Shown here: positions 48,135-57,471 of the stretch, piece after piece
Position numbering within the stretch: position 1 is the stretch's first letter
Layout of the letters: each line of letters begins with the position of its first letter
Assembly (NCBI GenBank): GCA_963677545.2
Contig: CAXXKH010000045.1
Span: forward strand, 167,864 to 231,863
DNA from: Desulfobacterales bacterium
GTDB taxonomy: Bacteria > Desulfobacterota > Desulfobacteria > Desulfobacterales > JAFDDL01
Reading direction: 5' to 3'
DNA length: 64,000 nt
Notes under the pieces: model-generated
Database searches by the model: none
What the model was told of the DNA's origin: nothing
The model's input: the letters and a program-made list of their open reading frames with translations, nothing else
Made by a program: the position numbers and the translations under genes

Positions 48135-48656
48135 TCATAGGATCTCAGCTCCGTAGATAGTCTTCATGCGCTTGAGGGAAAATTCATGCATTTCCGGGTC
48201 GAAATCCGCAACCTCCTGCGTACTAACCGTTATTCGATAGTCTCGATTTGCCAGCCCACCCACGGTATCCATTACACAGATGGAGGTGCATACGCCGGCA
48301 ACCCGAACGGCATCGACACCGGTCCCGGCCAGCAAGTTTTCGAGGTCGGTTCCGTAAAAACCGCTGTAGCGCTTTTTGGGTAGAACAATTTCGTCCGGCT
48401 TTGGCGTCATCTCGGGAATAATCTCACTTCCCCAAGTCCCCGTTACACAATGCCGTTGGAATCGATTGAATTCCAGGTCATCTTCATCATGAGAGTCCCG
48501 CAGGAAAAAAATCGGGCATGAATTCCTTCGACTTTCCGCCAGCGTCTTTTCAACCGGCCCGATAATATCCCTTGCAGCCGGGCCGCAATAGAGGGAACCA
48601 TTGGGATCTATAAAATCATTTAACATGTCTATAATGATAAAAGCTGTGTTTTCCAT
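48135..48656 (-). CDS. pncA: isochorismatase-family hydrolase, probable nicotinamidase
   Basis: 173 aa. AFIIIDMLNDF (catalytic Asp), K in the PKKRYSGF region and CTSICV (catalytic Cys). It lies in an operon with pncB. Confidence 0.75.
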   Translation of the reverse strand: MENTAFIIIDMLNDFIDPNGSLYCGPAARDIIGPVEKTLAESRRNSCPIFFLRDSHDEDDLEFNRFQRHCVTGTWGSEIIPEMTPKPDEIVLPKKRYSGFYGTDLENLLAGTGVDAVRVAGVCTSICVMDTVGGLANRDYRITVSTQEVADFDPEMHEFSLKRMKTIYGAEIL

Positions 48657-48844
48657 TCCGGTACCTTTTTCGTGAAAAAGTTGAAAGGCGGATCGATATT
48701 GCCGATATCATTATTGTATACACAAAAGACAATAATTCAAGCCGCAAATAATACGTCATAGCTGATCTTGCAAAACAGTACAGTCTCGGGTATCTGTTGA
48801 TAATTGACAAGCTTCGACAGTTTTGCCATCCATTCGGAATAAAA

Positions 48845-51337
48845 ATGCTTTCAACCAAGGATACAAATAGTGACCGCGCCTGCGATCTCTGCGGGCTTCC
48901 CCTTCGGGGTGGCGCAGTGGAATCCGAGGAATCGGGGAAAACCTGGTATTTCTGCTGCACGGGATGCCTGCATGTATTCCGAATGCTGTCCCAGACAGAG
49001 GGTCTGGGCCCCGAAGATTTTAAAACTTCGGAGCTTTTCAAAAAGTGCCGGGAAATGGGCATCATTCCGGGTTCCGAAGAGGATCTGAAGGAAACAAACC
49101 CTGATTCTGCAATTCCATCGGCAAAGGAGACTGACGGAGAGACACTGAGGCTTTCTCTGGCGGTGGGGGGGATGTGGTGTCCCTCCTGTGCGTGGGTGAT
49201 TGACACCTCCCTGGCGGGTATGCCGGGGATTTTTCAGCCGGCCTGCCGGTTTGCCACCGACACTTTCCAGTGCAACTATGATCCGGTACTCACCTCCCCC
49301 AAAGAGATCGTTCAGAAAATCGAGCAGCTCGGATACTCGGCCCATGCGGCGGATCAAAACGCGGATCGGCTGGAAGACCGCCGGGAATTCATCCGTCTCG
49401 CCGTATCCGCATTCCTGACCATGAATGTCATGATGCTTTCCGTGGCGCTTTATGGTGGTTTTTTCAGCGACCTGGGCGTTTCCGGAATTCGTTTTCTCTC
49501 CATCCCGATCTTTCTCATGGCAGCCGTGGTGTTTTTCTATGGCGGCAGTAAAATACATTCCAAAGGCTGGCGTAATTTGGCCTTTGGCGCTTACGGCATG
49601 GAAACACTGATTACTCTCGGGGCGTCCATTGTATTTCTCTACAGCATGTGGGGTCTGTTGAAGGGAAGCCTGCATCTCTATTTCGATACATCGAGCATGC
49701 TCATTACCCTTGTCCTGCTGGGAAAAACCCTGGAACGGCGGGCCAAGCGGTCCGCCCAGAAAGATCTCGCAAACTTTCTCTCCATGGCTCCCCGGAAAGC
49801 ACGAATCTGTACGGAAGAGAACATGACGGGCCGATATGCAACCATCGAACATCTGCAATCCGGGGATCTTTTCCGACTCGTCGAGGGGGAAATAGCCCCC
49901 GCCGACGGCATCGTGGTTTCCGGACGGGGAACCGGCGACGAATCGGCCCTCACCGGGGAGTCGAAACCGAAACGGAAAGCCCCGGGAGACGCTTTGGTGA
50001 GCGGCACACGAATAGCAAGCGGCGACCTGATCGTCAGGACGCTTCATGTGGGTGATGACAGCACCCTGGGACAGATGATTCACCTGATGGAGACGGCCCT
50101 GGGAGAAAAGACCCCGGTGGAAGCCCAGATGGACCGTTTACTGCGGTGGTTCGTCCCGGGAGTTATTTTTATAGCCCTGGCTACCGCCGTGGTTCTGGTC
50201 GCATCGGGCGCCACGATCGAAACGGCCCTGCTTCGCATGATTACCGTGCTGGTGGTCTCCTGCCCCTGCGCCCTGGGAATTGCGATCCCCCTGACCCGGT
50301 CCGTGGGTATCGCCGCCGCCGGACAAAAGGGACTTCTGATCCGGGATGCGGAAGCCTTTGACAGGACGCAGAATATCGGCAGCATCATTTTCGATAAAAC
50401 CGGTACCATTACCACCGGCAACTGGCAACTCCTGAATATCAACCCCACCCCGCCCTACAGCGATAAGGAAATTCTCGGGCTTGCAGCGGGCCTTGAGAAA
50501 GGCTCAAGCAATGCCGCCGCCCTGGCCATCCTCCGCGCTGCTGAAGAGAAAGGTATCCCGCAGGCATCGGTCTCCGCCATCCAGGATACCGAAAACGGCC
50601 GTTCCGGAACTTTTGACGGAAAAGAACTTCGAATCGGCTCCGCGGCCTTCGTTGGCGAAACAGCACCCGCCGTTCCCCCTGCCCCACCATCAGCCGATAG
50701 CAACCAGCCGGCCTCCAGGGTGTACCTGAGTCTTTCCGGTGATTGTATCGCCACTTTTGCTTTCGGGGATGACATTCAATCTGATGCGGACAAGACCATC
50801 AAAACCATTCGGCAACAGGGATTACGAATCGGACTGATATCCGGTGACGGGAAACAGGCTACCCGTAAGGTGGCCGAAACCCTGGGAATTTCCGAGTGGT
50901 GGGGCGAGATGTTGCCTGGAGATAAGTTGACCGTTGTCCGTGACTGGCAAAACACTTCATCGACGGGAGTCGCCATGGTGGGGGATGGTGTCAACGACGC
51001 GCCCGCCCTCGCCCAGTCGGACCTGGGCATAGCCGTCAAAGCCGGCAGCCCCCTGGGAAAAGAAACCGCCCACGTCACACTCATGCGGGGCGAGCTTGCC
51101 CAGGTCATCGATTTTTTGAACCTCGCAAAAACCGTTCGAAAAAAAGTCCGCCAGAATCTAATCCTCACAGTTCTCTACAATACTGTCTGCATCCCCATCG
51201 CCATGGCAGGAGTCCTCTCCCCCCCGCTGGCCGTCTGTGCCATGCTCCTGAGCAGCCTGAGCGTTATCGGAAACACGCTGTTGCTGGTCAGAACAACCAG
51301 GAGAAACAGATTACCGAGAAAACGACAATCACCGTGA
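48845..51337 (+). CDS. ccoI: heavy-metal (Cu) translocating P1B-type ATPase, CcoI/FixI-like
   Basis: Motifs CPC (VSCPCALG), DKTGTIT and GDGVNDAP. The N-terminal CDLCGLPL...FCCTGCLHVF resembles FixI. It sits next to cbb3 maturation genes. The ORF opens at a TTG at 48797, but the ATG at 48845 is more likely. Confidence 0.85.
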   Translation: MLSTKDTNSDRACDLCGLPLRGGAVESEESGKTWYFCCTGCLHVFRMLSQTEGLGPEDFKTSELFKKCREMGIIPGSEEDLKETNPDSAIPSAKETDGETLRLSLAVGGMWCPSCAWVIDTSLAGMPGIFQPACRFATDTFQCNYDPVLTSPKEIVQKIEQLGYSAHAADQNADRLEDRREFIRLAVSAFLTMNVMMLSVALYGGFFSDLGVSGIRFLSIPIFLMAAVVFFYGGSKIHSKGWRNLAFGAYGMETLITLGASIVFLYSMWGLLKGSLHLYFDTSSMLITLVLLGKTLERRAKRSAQKDLANFLSMAPRKARICTEENMTGRYATIEHLQSGDLFRLVEGEIAPADGIVVSGRGTGDESALTGESKPKRKAPGDALVSGTRIASGDLIVRTLHVGDDSTLGQMIHLMETALGEKTPVEAQMDRLLRWFVPGVIFIALATAVVLVASGATIETALLRMITVLVVSCPCALGIAIPLTRSVGIAAAGQKGLLIRDAEAFDRTQNIGSIIFDKTGTITTGNWQLLNINPTPPYSDKEILGLAAGLEKGSSNAAALAILRAAEEKGIPQASVSAIQDTENGRSGTFDGKELRIGSAAFVGETAPAVPPAPPSADSNQPASRVYLSLSGDCIATFAFGDDIQSDADKTIKTIRQQGLRIGLISGDGKQATRKVAETLGISEWWGEMLPGDKLTVVRDWQNTSSTGVAMVGDGVNDAPALAQSDLGIAVKAGSPLGKETAHVTLMRGELAQVIDFLNLAKTVRKKVRQNLILTVLYNTVCIPIAMAGVLSPPLAVCAMLLSSLSVIGNTLLLVRTTRRNRLPRKRQSP

Positions 51338-51430
51338 AAACAAACGTTACCGGGACCATCAAGGCGTACCGTCCAAAACCCAAGTGATTCTTTTGTGATT
51401 TGGAACCGGGGCGTTCAAGAGTTGCTGTTG

Positions 51431-52123
51431 TCAATACTTAATCCCTTTTACGAAGAAATAGATTCCCACAACAATCATCATGATACCGCCAATACGGTAG
51501 ATGATATCCCGGTTCTTGAGCCACTTCATGTCCGAAAGACCGGCGATAAGAAGCAGGGCCGGGATAGTCCCCACGCCAAAGGCGAACATTACCAGGGCCC
51601 CGGACAAAGCGCCCTGCCAGGGACCGGCGGCTTCCATACCAACCCGGGCGGAGGAAAGGAGAGCCGTGTAGACGGGACCGCAGGGCAGCAGGCCCAGAAG
51701 AAGCCCCAGGGCGAAAAAACCGCCTATTCCGGAAGACTTCGAGAGTTTCTGAAAGGTATTGAAAAATTTCTGGAAAGGAGAATATCCGGAAGAGAATATT
51801 CGGGGGATAGCCACCCAGCCGGTCATGGCAAGACCCATCAATGCAATCAGAATACCCGCGAAGATCATGACGCCCTTCTGGAAGCCCTGCATGGGAATTA
51901 CCACCCCGGTAAAAGATCCGCCGGCCCCCAGAATGCCGCCCAGGATCGTATAGGTAACGGTCCTTCCGATATTGTAGAAGAGATTCGGGACGAAACGGTT
52001 CCGGTCCTTCAGCCCCAGGCAGAAGGAGACCACGATGGGGCCGCACATGCCGATGCAGTGGCCAAACCCCACAGTGAATCCTGCTACCAGGAAAACGAGA
52101 TAGATGGAATCAGTAGACGACAT
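51431..52123 (-). CDS. DsbD_2/TauE-like membrane protein associated with cbb3 oxidase maturation
   Basis: About 230 aa from MSSTDSIYLVFLV. It has the GFGHCIGMCGP motif and multiple TM helices. Confidence 0.6.
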   Translation of the reverse strand: MSSTDSIYLVFLVAGFTVGFGHCIGMCGPIVVSFCLGLKDRNRFVPNLFYNIGRTVTYTILGGILGAGGSFTGVVIPMQGFQKGVMIFAGILIALMGLAMTGWVAIPRIFSSGYSPFQKFFNTFQKLSKSSGIGGFFALGLLLGLLPCGPVYTALLSSARVGMEAAGPWQGALSGALVMFAFGVGTIPALLLIAGLSDMKWLKNRDIIYRIGGIMMIVVGIYFFVKGIKY

Positions 52124-52556
52124 CGAAACGAAACGCCTTGGTGCCGATACCGGGGATGGTGACGTCGGCCTGCCAGAGAGTCCTGCCGCTGGGGCAACGA
52201 ACGACAACGCCTGTGCCCGAATAAGCGCTGTCGGATATTTTCTCCATTGTTACATGGTTGGGGCCCATGCTCATCCCGGGCATATCAAGATCGATTCCGG
52301 GATTCCCATCCGGAGAAACCCCCTCCACGGTCACTTGAAAGGTCAGGTCCGCCATGGCCTTTACGGGCCGGGGCAGAATCTCCAGCGTAACACTCCCCTC
52401 CCCCAACGCCTGTACACACGCCCCCGCCTGGATGTCACAGTTCGCTTTTGCGTCGGTTTTCTTTTTCGATGACGCTGAAGCTGTACTTACCACCAAGATC
52501 ATTGACGAAAGTAACAGCACACATACCACATACCAACGACAACAATTCGCTTTCAT
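52110..52556 (-). CDS. FixH-like (YtkA-like domain) exported protein
   Basis: About 148 aa from MKANCCRWYVV (GGAGA RBS), with a signal peptide followed by a beta-rich domain. The call rests on position beside ccoI-like and ccoS-like genes. Confidence 0.45.
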   Translation of the reverse strand: MKANCCRWYVVCVLLLSSMILVVSTASASSKKKTDAKANCDIQAGACVQALGEGSVTLEILPRPVKAMADLTFQVTVEGVSPDGNPGIDLDMPGMSMGPNHVTMEKISDSAYSGTGVVVRCPSGRTLWQADVTIPGIGTKAFRFDVVY

Positions 52557-52769
52557 TAGTATCTCCATTATCTTTTGAACTGCATTTCTATACCACAAAG
52601 GTACCCCGACGCCGGGGTAAACTACGGTCACAAAGGAGAAAAATAAAAAACCAAAAGACATCGAAAGGTCAGAAAAAGTATTTGCAAAGAGTTTTTATTA
52701 AAAAAATCCTTTTTTGCTTTTCTTTGTGAACTTTGTGTCTTTGTGGTGAATACGCTTTTGCCTTTACAA

Positions 52770-53288
52770 TTACATGGTATCAAGTGATTGAATGAATGCA
52801 ATGATCAACCACCGGTCCTCCACAGCGATGGTGCTGGCCAATGCCGGTTGGCGACCGCCGGGAATACCGTAACTGATTTCCTGGAAGATGACGCCGTCGT
52901 CCAAAGACTGGACCCTCTCGGATCGCAGATCACCGGGAAGGGGCGCAAAGCTCTGTCCTACGGCCCCGCGACCGTTATGGTGCCTTCCGTGGCACTGCAT
53001 GCAATAGGTTCCATAGAGCACCCGACCCTGTTCCACCACTTCCGGATCATCCGCCGATACCGGTGACACCAACGATTCGCCGGGAACATATCGGTACTCC
53101 GCCTCTCCTCCCTCCCAGGGTATCCGGTCTGTGGCCATGTAGGCGTGGACGGGCTCTTCGTGGGCTCTGATTCCCGGTGTTTCCCACATCCTTCCGAAGG
53201 GAAAGCGGTTGTCATATGTTGTAAACAGAATCCACCCGCCTGCCGCAACACAGGCCAGTATCACAAGGATGAGAAGCCTTACTTTCAT
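52770..53288 (-). CDS. monoheme c-type cytochrome, membrane-anchored
   Basis: 172 aa with an N-terminal TM helix and a single CMQCHG heme-binding site. Confidence 0.75.
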   Translation of the reverse strand: MKVRLLILVILACVAAGGWILFTTYDNRFPFGRMWETPGIRAHEEPVHAYMATDRIPWEGGEAEYRYVPGESLVSPVSADDPEVVEQGRVLYGTYCMQCHGRHHNGRGAVGQSFAPLPGDLRSERVQSLDDGVIFQEISYGIPGGRQPALASTIAVEDRWLIIAFIQSLDTM

Positions 53289-53516
53289 CTATTCCCCTTT
53301 TTCCCCCTCGACGTGCTGCGGGTAGGGCAGCGGTTCATAGATACCATGGGGCGACTCCGCCGGAACATCGCTCACCGGGCGATAGTCCCAGGTTGGCTGC
53401 CCTTTGTCCCCCACCACCAGGTAGGAGTAAATACCCTTGGCCAGGATGAGGAGCACCAGCAGTACAATGATCACCCAACCCGGAACACCCCATTTACGTT
53501 TCTGTTCCAGTTCCAT
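53289..53516 (-). CDS. small membrane protein
   Basis: 75 aa with one TM helix, tightly packed in the operon. Confidence 0.4.
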   Translation of the reverse strand: MELEQKRKWGVPGWVIIVLLVLLILAKGIYSYLVVGDKGQPTWDYRPVSDVPAESPHGIYEPLPYPQHVEGEKGE

Positions 53517-53517
53517 C

Positions 53518-53793
53518 CTATATCCTTACCCCCAGAAACCCGTGTAGCAGAATGTAGAAAAACGCCCAGCCAATAACTCCTGCGATGATCAATATCATCA
53601 CCAGCGGAAAGGGGGCATTCCTGTCTTCGATTTCCTCGGGATACCGATAGATAATCCGCTGTTTTCGCTCTTCGGAGTCCGGATGTTTGAAATGGGAATG
53701 CCCCAAGGCCAGGGCCAGAAGAACAATAAAAATAAGAGTGGGAAACACCGCCAGCATTAAATGCTGAAAATTAAGAAGTTGAAAAAAACGCAT
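53518..53793 (-). CDS. small membrane protein (two TM)
   Basis: 91 aa with two hydrophobic helices, tightly packed in the operon. Confidence 0.4.
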   Translation of the reverse strand: MRFFQLLNFQHLMLAVFPTLIFIVLLALALGHSHFKHPDSEERKQRIIYRYPEEIEDRNAPFPLVMILIIAGVIGWAFFYILLHGFLGVRI

Positions 53794-53807
53794 GGCGCTC
53801 CTTTCCC

Positions 53808-54071
53808 TTACCTGCCGCCGTAAAGCAGTGCAAAAATCAATACTGCCCCGCTGGACATGAGCCCTGCACCAGCCAGAAAGAACAGGAGATAAATCTCATA
53901 GCGCTTCCACCGGGAAGCTTTGATTCCCCCATCCTCCCCTTCGGGTTCCAGGGGAAGAAATCTGGCCCGATCCTGATCCTGGAACTGACCGTTTCGAAGT
54001 GCCCAGAAAAACACGGTCACCGCCAGAAGCAGCCCGATGGTGATGTATGCGATGAAATACGGAAAATACAT
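53808..54071 (-). CDS. ccoS: CcoS/FixS-like cbb3 oxidase maturation protein (extended)
   Basis: 87 aa. The N-terminal TM helix followed by FFWALRNGQFQDQD matches the CcoS W....GQ..D motif. An extra C-terminal TM helix is present. Confidence 0.5.
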   Translation of the reverse strand: MYFPYFIAYITIGLLLAVTVFFWALRNGQFQDQDRARFLPLEPEGEDGGIKASRWKRYEIYLLFFLAGAGLMSSGAVLIFALLYGGR

Positions 54072-54321
54072 GTCAAAAACCCCGAGTGCCTAAAGTGAAC
54101 TAAAGTGCACTAAAATGCCTAAAGTTAAGGGATTCTGTCGATCTGATCATACAAAGTTTCGTCCCCCCTGCCGTTTCCTATCAGCTATCAGCCATGAGCT
54201 ATCAGTTTAACACCCCTCAACCCTACGCCGTCCGCCCTTTGCCCCATGCCCCATCTCAGCCCTACGCCCTTCCGCTCCTCGTTTTTTCAGACCTCAGGCC
54301 TCCGATCTCCGAACTCTGCCC

Positions 54322-55251
54322 TTACTCATACGCCGCATCGATCCCCTTCGGCTCCGTATCGGCATCGGTCTGGTTGATAAAGTAGACCGCCACGTAGTTA
54401 CCCACATCCCAGATCTTTTCCGATTCCAGTTCCCGCTTGAAATACGGCATGGCGGTGCCGGTAATACCGTTCATGATCTGGTAATAAAGAATACCACCGG
54501 AAATCTCTCTGTTTTTAAGCAGCGTGAAGTTGAATGGCGGCGGATAGATATACGGCTGGGCCGGCCCCATGCCGTCGCCGATGGGGCTGTGACATCCCAG
54601 ACAATTGTCCTGGTATATTTTATGGCCCCGGGCGAGCCCCGCTTCGGTGGTGGGATACGGGTTCGGAACATCCCGCCACCCCTGGGGAACGACCTCATTC
54701 AACCAGGCCACGTTGGCCTCCGGCCCCGCCTCATAGGCTTCGATGGATCTTTTCTTCCACAGTTCCTGGCGCGCCATTCGCTTGTCCGCATCCTTGAATC
54801 CCAGACTCTGCACATACCGGATCAGAAGTTCAATATTATCCTCCCCCAGGAAGGCAAACGCCGGCATGATGGAAATGGGCCGGGTGTACCTGGGATTGAT
54901 AAAGTGCGCCATATGCCAGTCGTCCGGATGCTCACCGCCGGCCTGACTCAAGTCCGGGCCGGTCCGGGCCGACCCCAGAAGAATCGGGTTGTCGTCCACA
55001 TAATCTCCGGCCTGGGCGATACGCTCGGCCCCCAACCCCCAATCGATGGTCCGAATGGACTGACTGTGACAGTAGACACAACCGTTGGCGATGTAGAGTT
55101 TTCTTCCCGCGGCTTCTTGATCCGTGCGTGTCCGAAAAATCTCCGAAGGCACCTCGCTCCGGGTAAGGTACGGCGCCAGCACCATCACCACGACCACCGC
55201 CGCCAGAATCGACAGGCTTCCGAGAACAACCGTTTTAGGGCCCATCTTCAT
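54322..55251 (-). CDS. ccoO: cbb3-type cytochrome c oxidase subunit II (CcoO) fused to a second monoheme (CcoP-like) domain
   Basis: 309 aa. GRKLYIANGCVYCHSQSIR...GPDLSQAG...WHMAHFINPR...SIMPAF (CcoO pattern), then a second site CLGCHS...MPYF. Confidence 0.8.
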   Translation of the reverse strand: MKMGPKTVVLGSLSILAAVVVVMVLAPYLTRSEVPSEIFRTRTDQEAAGRKLYIANGCVYCHSQSIRTIDWGLGAERIAQAGDYVDDNPILLGSARTGPDLSQAGGEHPDDWHMAHFINPRYTRPISIMPAFAFLGEDNIELLIRYVQSLGFKDADKRMARQELWKKRSIEAYEAGPEANVAWLNEVVPQGWRDVPNPYPTTEAGLARGHKIYQDNCLGCHSPIGDGMGPAQPYIYPPPFNFTLLKNREISGGILYYQIMNGITGTAMPYFKRELESEKIWDVGNYVAVYFINQTDADTEPKGIDAAYE

Positions 55252-56621
55252 GACGGCCCTCCCGTTTTTCCCATCAGGCTCATGCCGATATTAAAGCATC
55301 CGATAATGGCGCTGGAAAAAAGCATCAATCCGAGTGATGCCCTGAGAACATAGTACATATGAATTTCCGGAAGCACCCGGTAAACCGTCTCGCCGTTGAG
55401 CCAGGCATTCCCCTGAATCAACCCCGCGATGGTAAGCACCACCGTAAACCCCACCACACCGATCAGGACCAGCCAGTACTGCAGATCGGCCAGCAGTCGG
55501 CTGTAGATGGGTCGCCCGGTGATCTTCGGCAACACGTAGTAAATCCCCCCCAGGGCAATCATCCCTGCAAACCCCAGAACTCCGATATGGGCGTGGCCCA
55601 CCACCCAGTTGTTGAAGTGGGTAACCCGCTGGACCTGTGGCAGGGACATCATGGACCCCTGGATGCTGACGAAAAAATACATGATGGTTCCGGTGAAAAC
55701 GAATTTGGCGCCGATATCCGCGTGGATTTCCCCCAGCTTTCCCTTGGCCGTGAACCAGATATTGATCAGAAACGCCATCACCGGAATCACCATTGCCACG
55801 GAATCGACAATAGCGATCACCTTCAACCAGGTGGGCACCGGTACCTGAAGCAGGTGATGGGTCCCGATGTGGGTGTAGACCACGATAAGGGCCCAGAAAC
55901 CGAGAAGTGACAGGGTATGACTGTAGAGCGGCGCCCGGCAGGCCCGGGGGATCACGTAATAGGCGACCCCGGCGGCCAGGGGCGTCAACAGCAACCCGAA
56001 TATGTTGTGGCCGTAAAACCAGAGCAGGATAGCATCCGGAATTCCCAAAAGCGCCCCCGTGTCCGGCTGCCAGATCACATTACCGAGCACATAGGTGGCG
56101 GCCGTAAGAATACATCCGGCCAGTACGTACCAGACAGATACATAAAGCAGCGGCTCAGTCCGCTGTTTTACCGTCATCAGGAAGTTATAGAAAACCAGAA
56201 GGAAGGCAACCACCACCAGGATATCCAGGGGCCAGATCAGTTCGGCGTATTCCCGGCCCTGGGTATATCCCGCGCAAAGACTCACCACCCCCCCCACCAA
56301 CAGCGCATTCCAGGCAACCACGGAGATCTTTCCAAGTCCCTCGCTGTAAAGGGATGTTCGAAGCAGCCGGGGCATAAAATAGAATGCCGCTCCCAGGAGC
56401 CCCGGCGTCACGAAACCGAAAAGAACGATATTGACATGAACGGCCCGGATTCTTCCGAACACCAGCCACCCGATATTCTCCGTCAGGTCCGGTGCCATCA
56501 GCTCCACCGCCCCTAAGAACCCCATAAAGGTCCCCACGATCATCCACACCGCGGAAGTGATGAGGAAGGCCCGGGCTGTGGGGTATGTTCCGGGTATGTC
56601 GTTTACGGTGTTGTTCAACAA
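55248..56621 (-). CDS. ccoN: cbb3-type cytochrome c oxidase subunit I
   Basis: 457 aa, 12-TM heme-copper oxidase. WVVGHAHIGVLGF and HHLLQ/His ligands. It overlaps ccoO by 4 nt. Confidence 0.85.
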   Translation of the reverse strand: MLNNTVNDIPGTYPTARAFLITSAVWMIVGTFMGFLGAVELMAPDLTENIGWLVFGRIRAVHVNIVLFGFVTPGLLGAAFYFMPRLLRTSLYSEGLGKISVVAWNALLVGGVVSLCAGYTQGREYAELIWPLDILVVVAFLLVFYNFLMTVKQRTEPLLYVSVWYVLAGCILTAATYVLGNVIWQPDTGALLGIPDAILLWFYGHNIFGLLLTPLAAGVAYYVIPRACRAPLYSHTLSLLGFWALIVVYTHIGTHHLLQVPVPTWLKVIAIVDSVAMVIPVMAFLINIWFTAKGKLGEIHADIGAKFVFTGTIMYFFVSIQGSMMSLPQVQRVTHFNNWVVGHAHIGVLGFAGMIALGGIYYVLPKITGRPIYSRLLADLQYWLVLIGVVGFTVVLTIAGLIQGNAWLNGETVYRVLPEIHMYYVLRASLGLMLFSSAIIGCFNIGMSLMGKTGGPS

Positions 56622-56916
56622 TTGCTCCCTTGTTTTAGATCCGATGGACGAGGGACGATCGCTTCGCTAGGACGATGGACGCAATAACAACGTAGTCCTC
56701 GTCTCCGCCATGCGTTTGCCCCTCATTCATTTTAGGCACCATATTATGTTGCTTGTCCTTTGAGCTATCACCCATGACTTAAAGGCTTTCATAGCCTTCT
56801 TCTTGTCTTTTTTTTCGTCCATCGTCCCTCTTCATAGCAAAGCGGTCTTCCCTCGGGCTTTTCCGCTTACAGCTCTCTTTCCCTGACACCTGACACCCGA
56901 CACCTGAAACCTGCCC

Positions 56917-57471
56917 CTACGAATGACACGCCAGCCAGCAATCCACATTGGCTTCCCTCTCCCGGTGGCACTGAATGCAGAATCCCATCTGAAACCGTGT
57001 GGTTTTGAGGCGGTCCATGGTCTCCACCTCGCCATGGCAACTGATGCATTCGATATCCTTTCTGATATGCCGTTCATGGTTGAACAGCACATGTTCCGGC
57101 AAGTAAAACACCTTCCGCCAGGGGGTCGGCGTCCCTGTGTTATAGTATTCATGCTCCTTCTGAATTTCCGGATGATTCGCAATGATATAATTATGGCAGA
57201 AAAGACATTTTCCCACCGGCGGTACTCCCGGATTGATGGACCGGCCCACATAGGGGTGGCAGAACCGGCATTGGATCCGCTTCACGCCGGCATGCACCCG
57301 GTGGCTGAAGCTGATGGGCTGCTTCGGACCGATGGAGGTTGCCGGGGATGCGTAAAAAAAGTAGAGAAATCCCAAAGTCAGAATCACGCAGAGGCCTGAA
57401 AGCAGCAACAGCCGCATGTTGTCCGTTACGAATCGGTGCAGGTTCCTATAAGCGAACACAACGCCCATCAC
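56917..57471 (-). CDS. actA: multiheme cytochrome c (ActA-like, c3/NrfB-type)
   Basis: 184 aa with an N-terminal TM anchor. It has four CxxCH sites (CRFCH, CLFCH, CISCH, CIQCH) plus one CWLACH (CX3CH). Confidence 0.7.
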   Translation of the reverse strand: MMGVVFAYRNLHRFVTDNMRLLLLSGLCVILTLGFLYFFYASPATSIGPKQPISFSHRVHAGVKRIQCRFCHPYVGRSINPGVPPVGKCLFCHNYIIANHPEIQKEHEYYNTGTPTPWRKVFYLPEHVLFNHERHIRKDIECISCHGEVETMDRLKTTRFQMGFCIQCHREREANVDCWLACHS

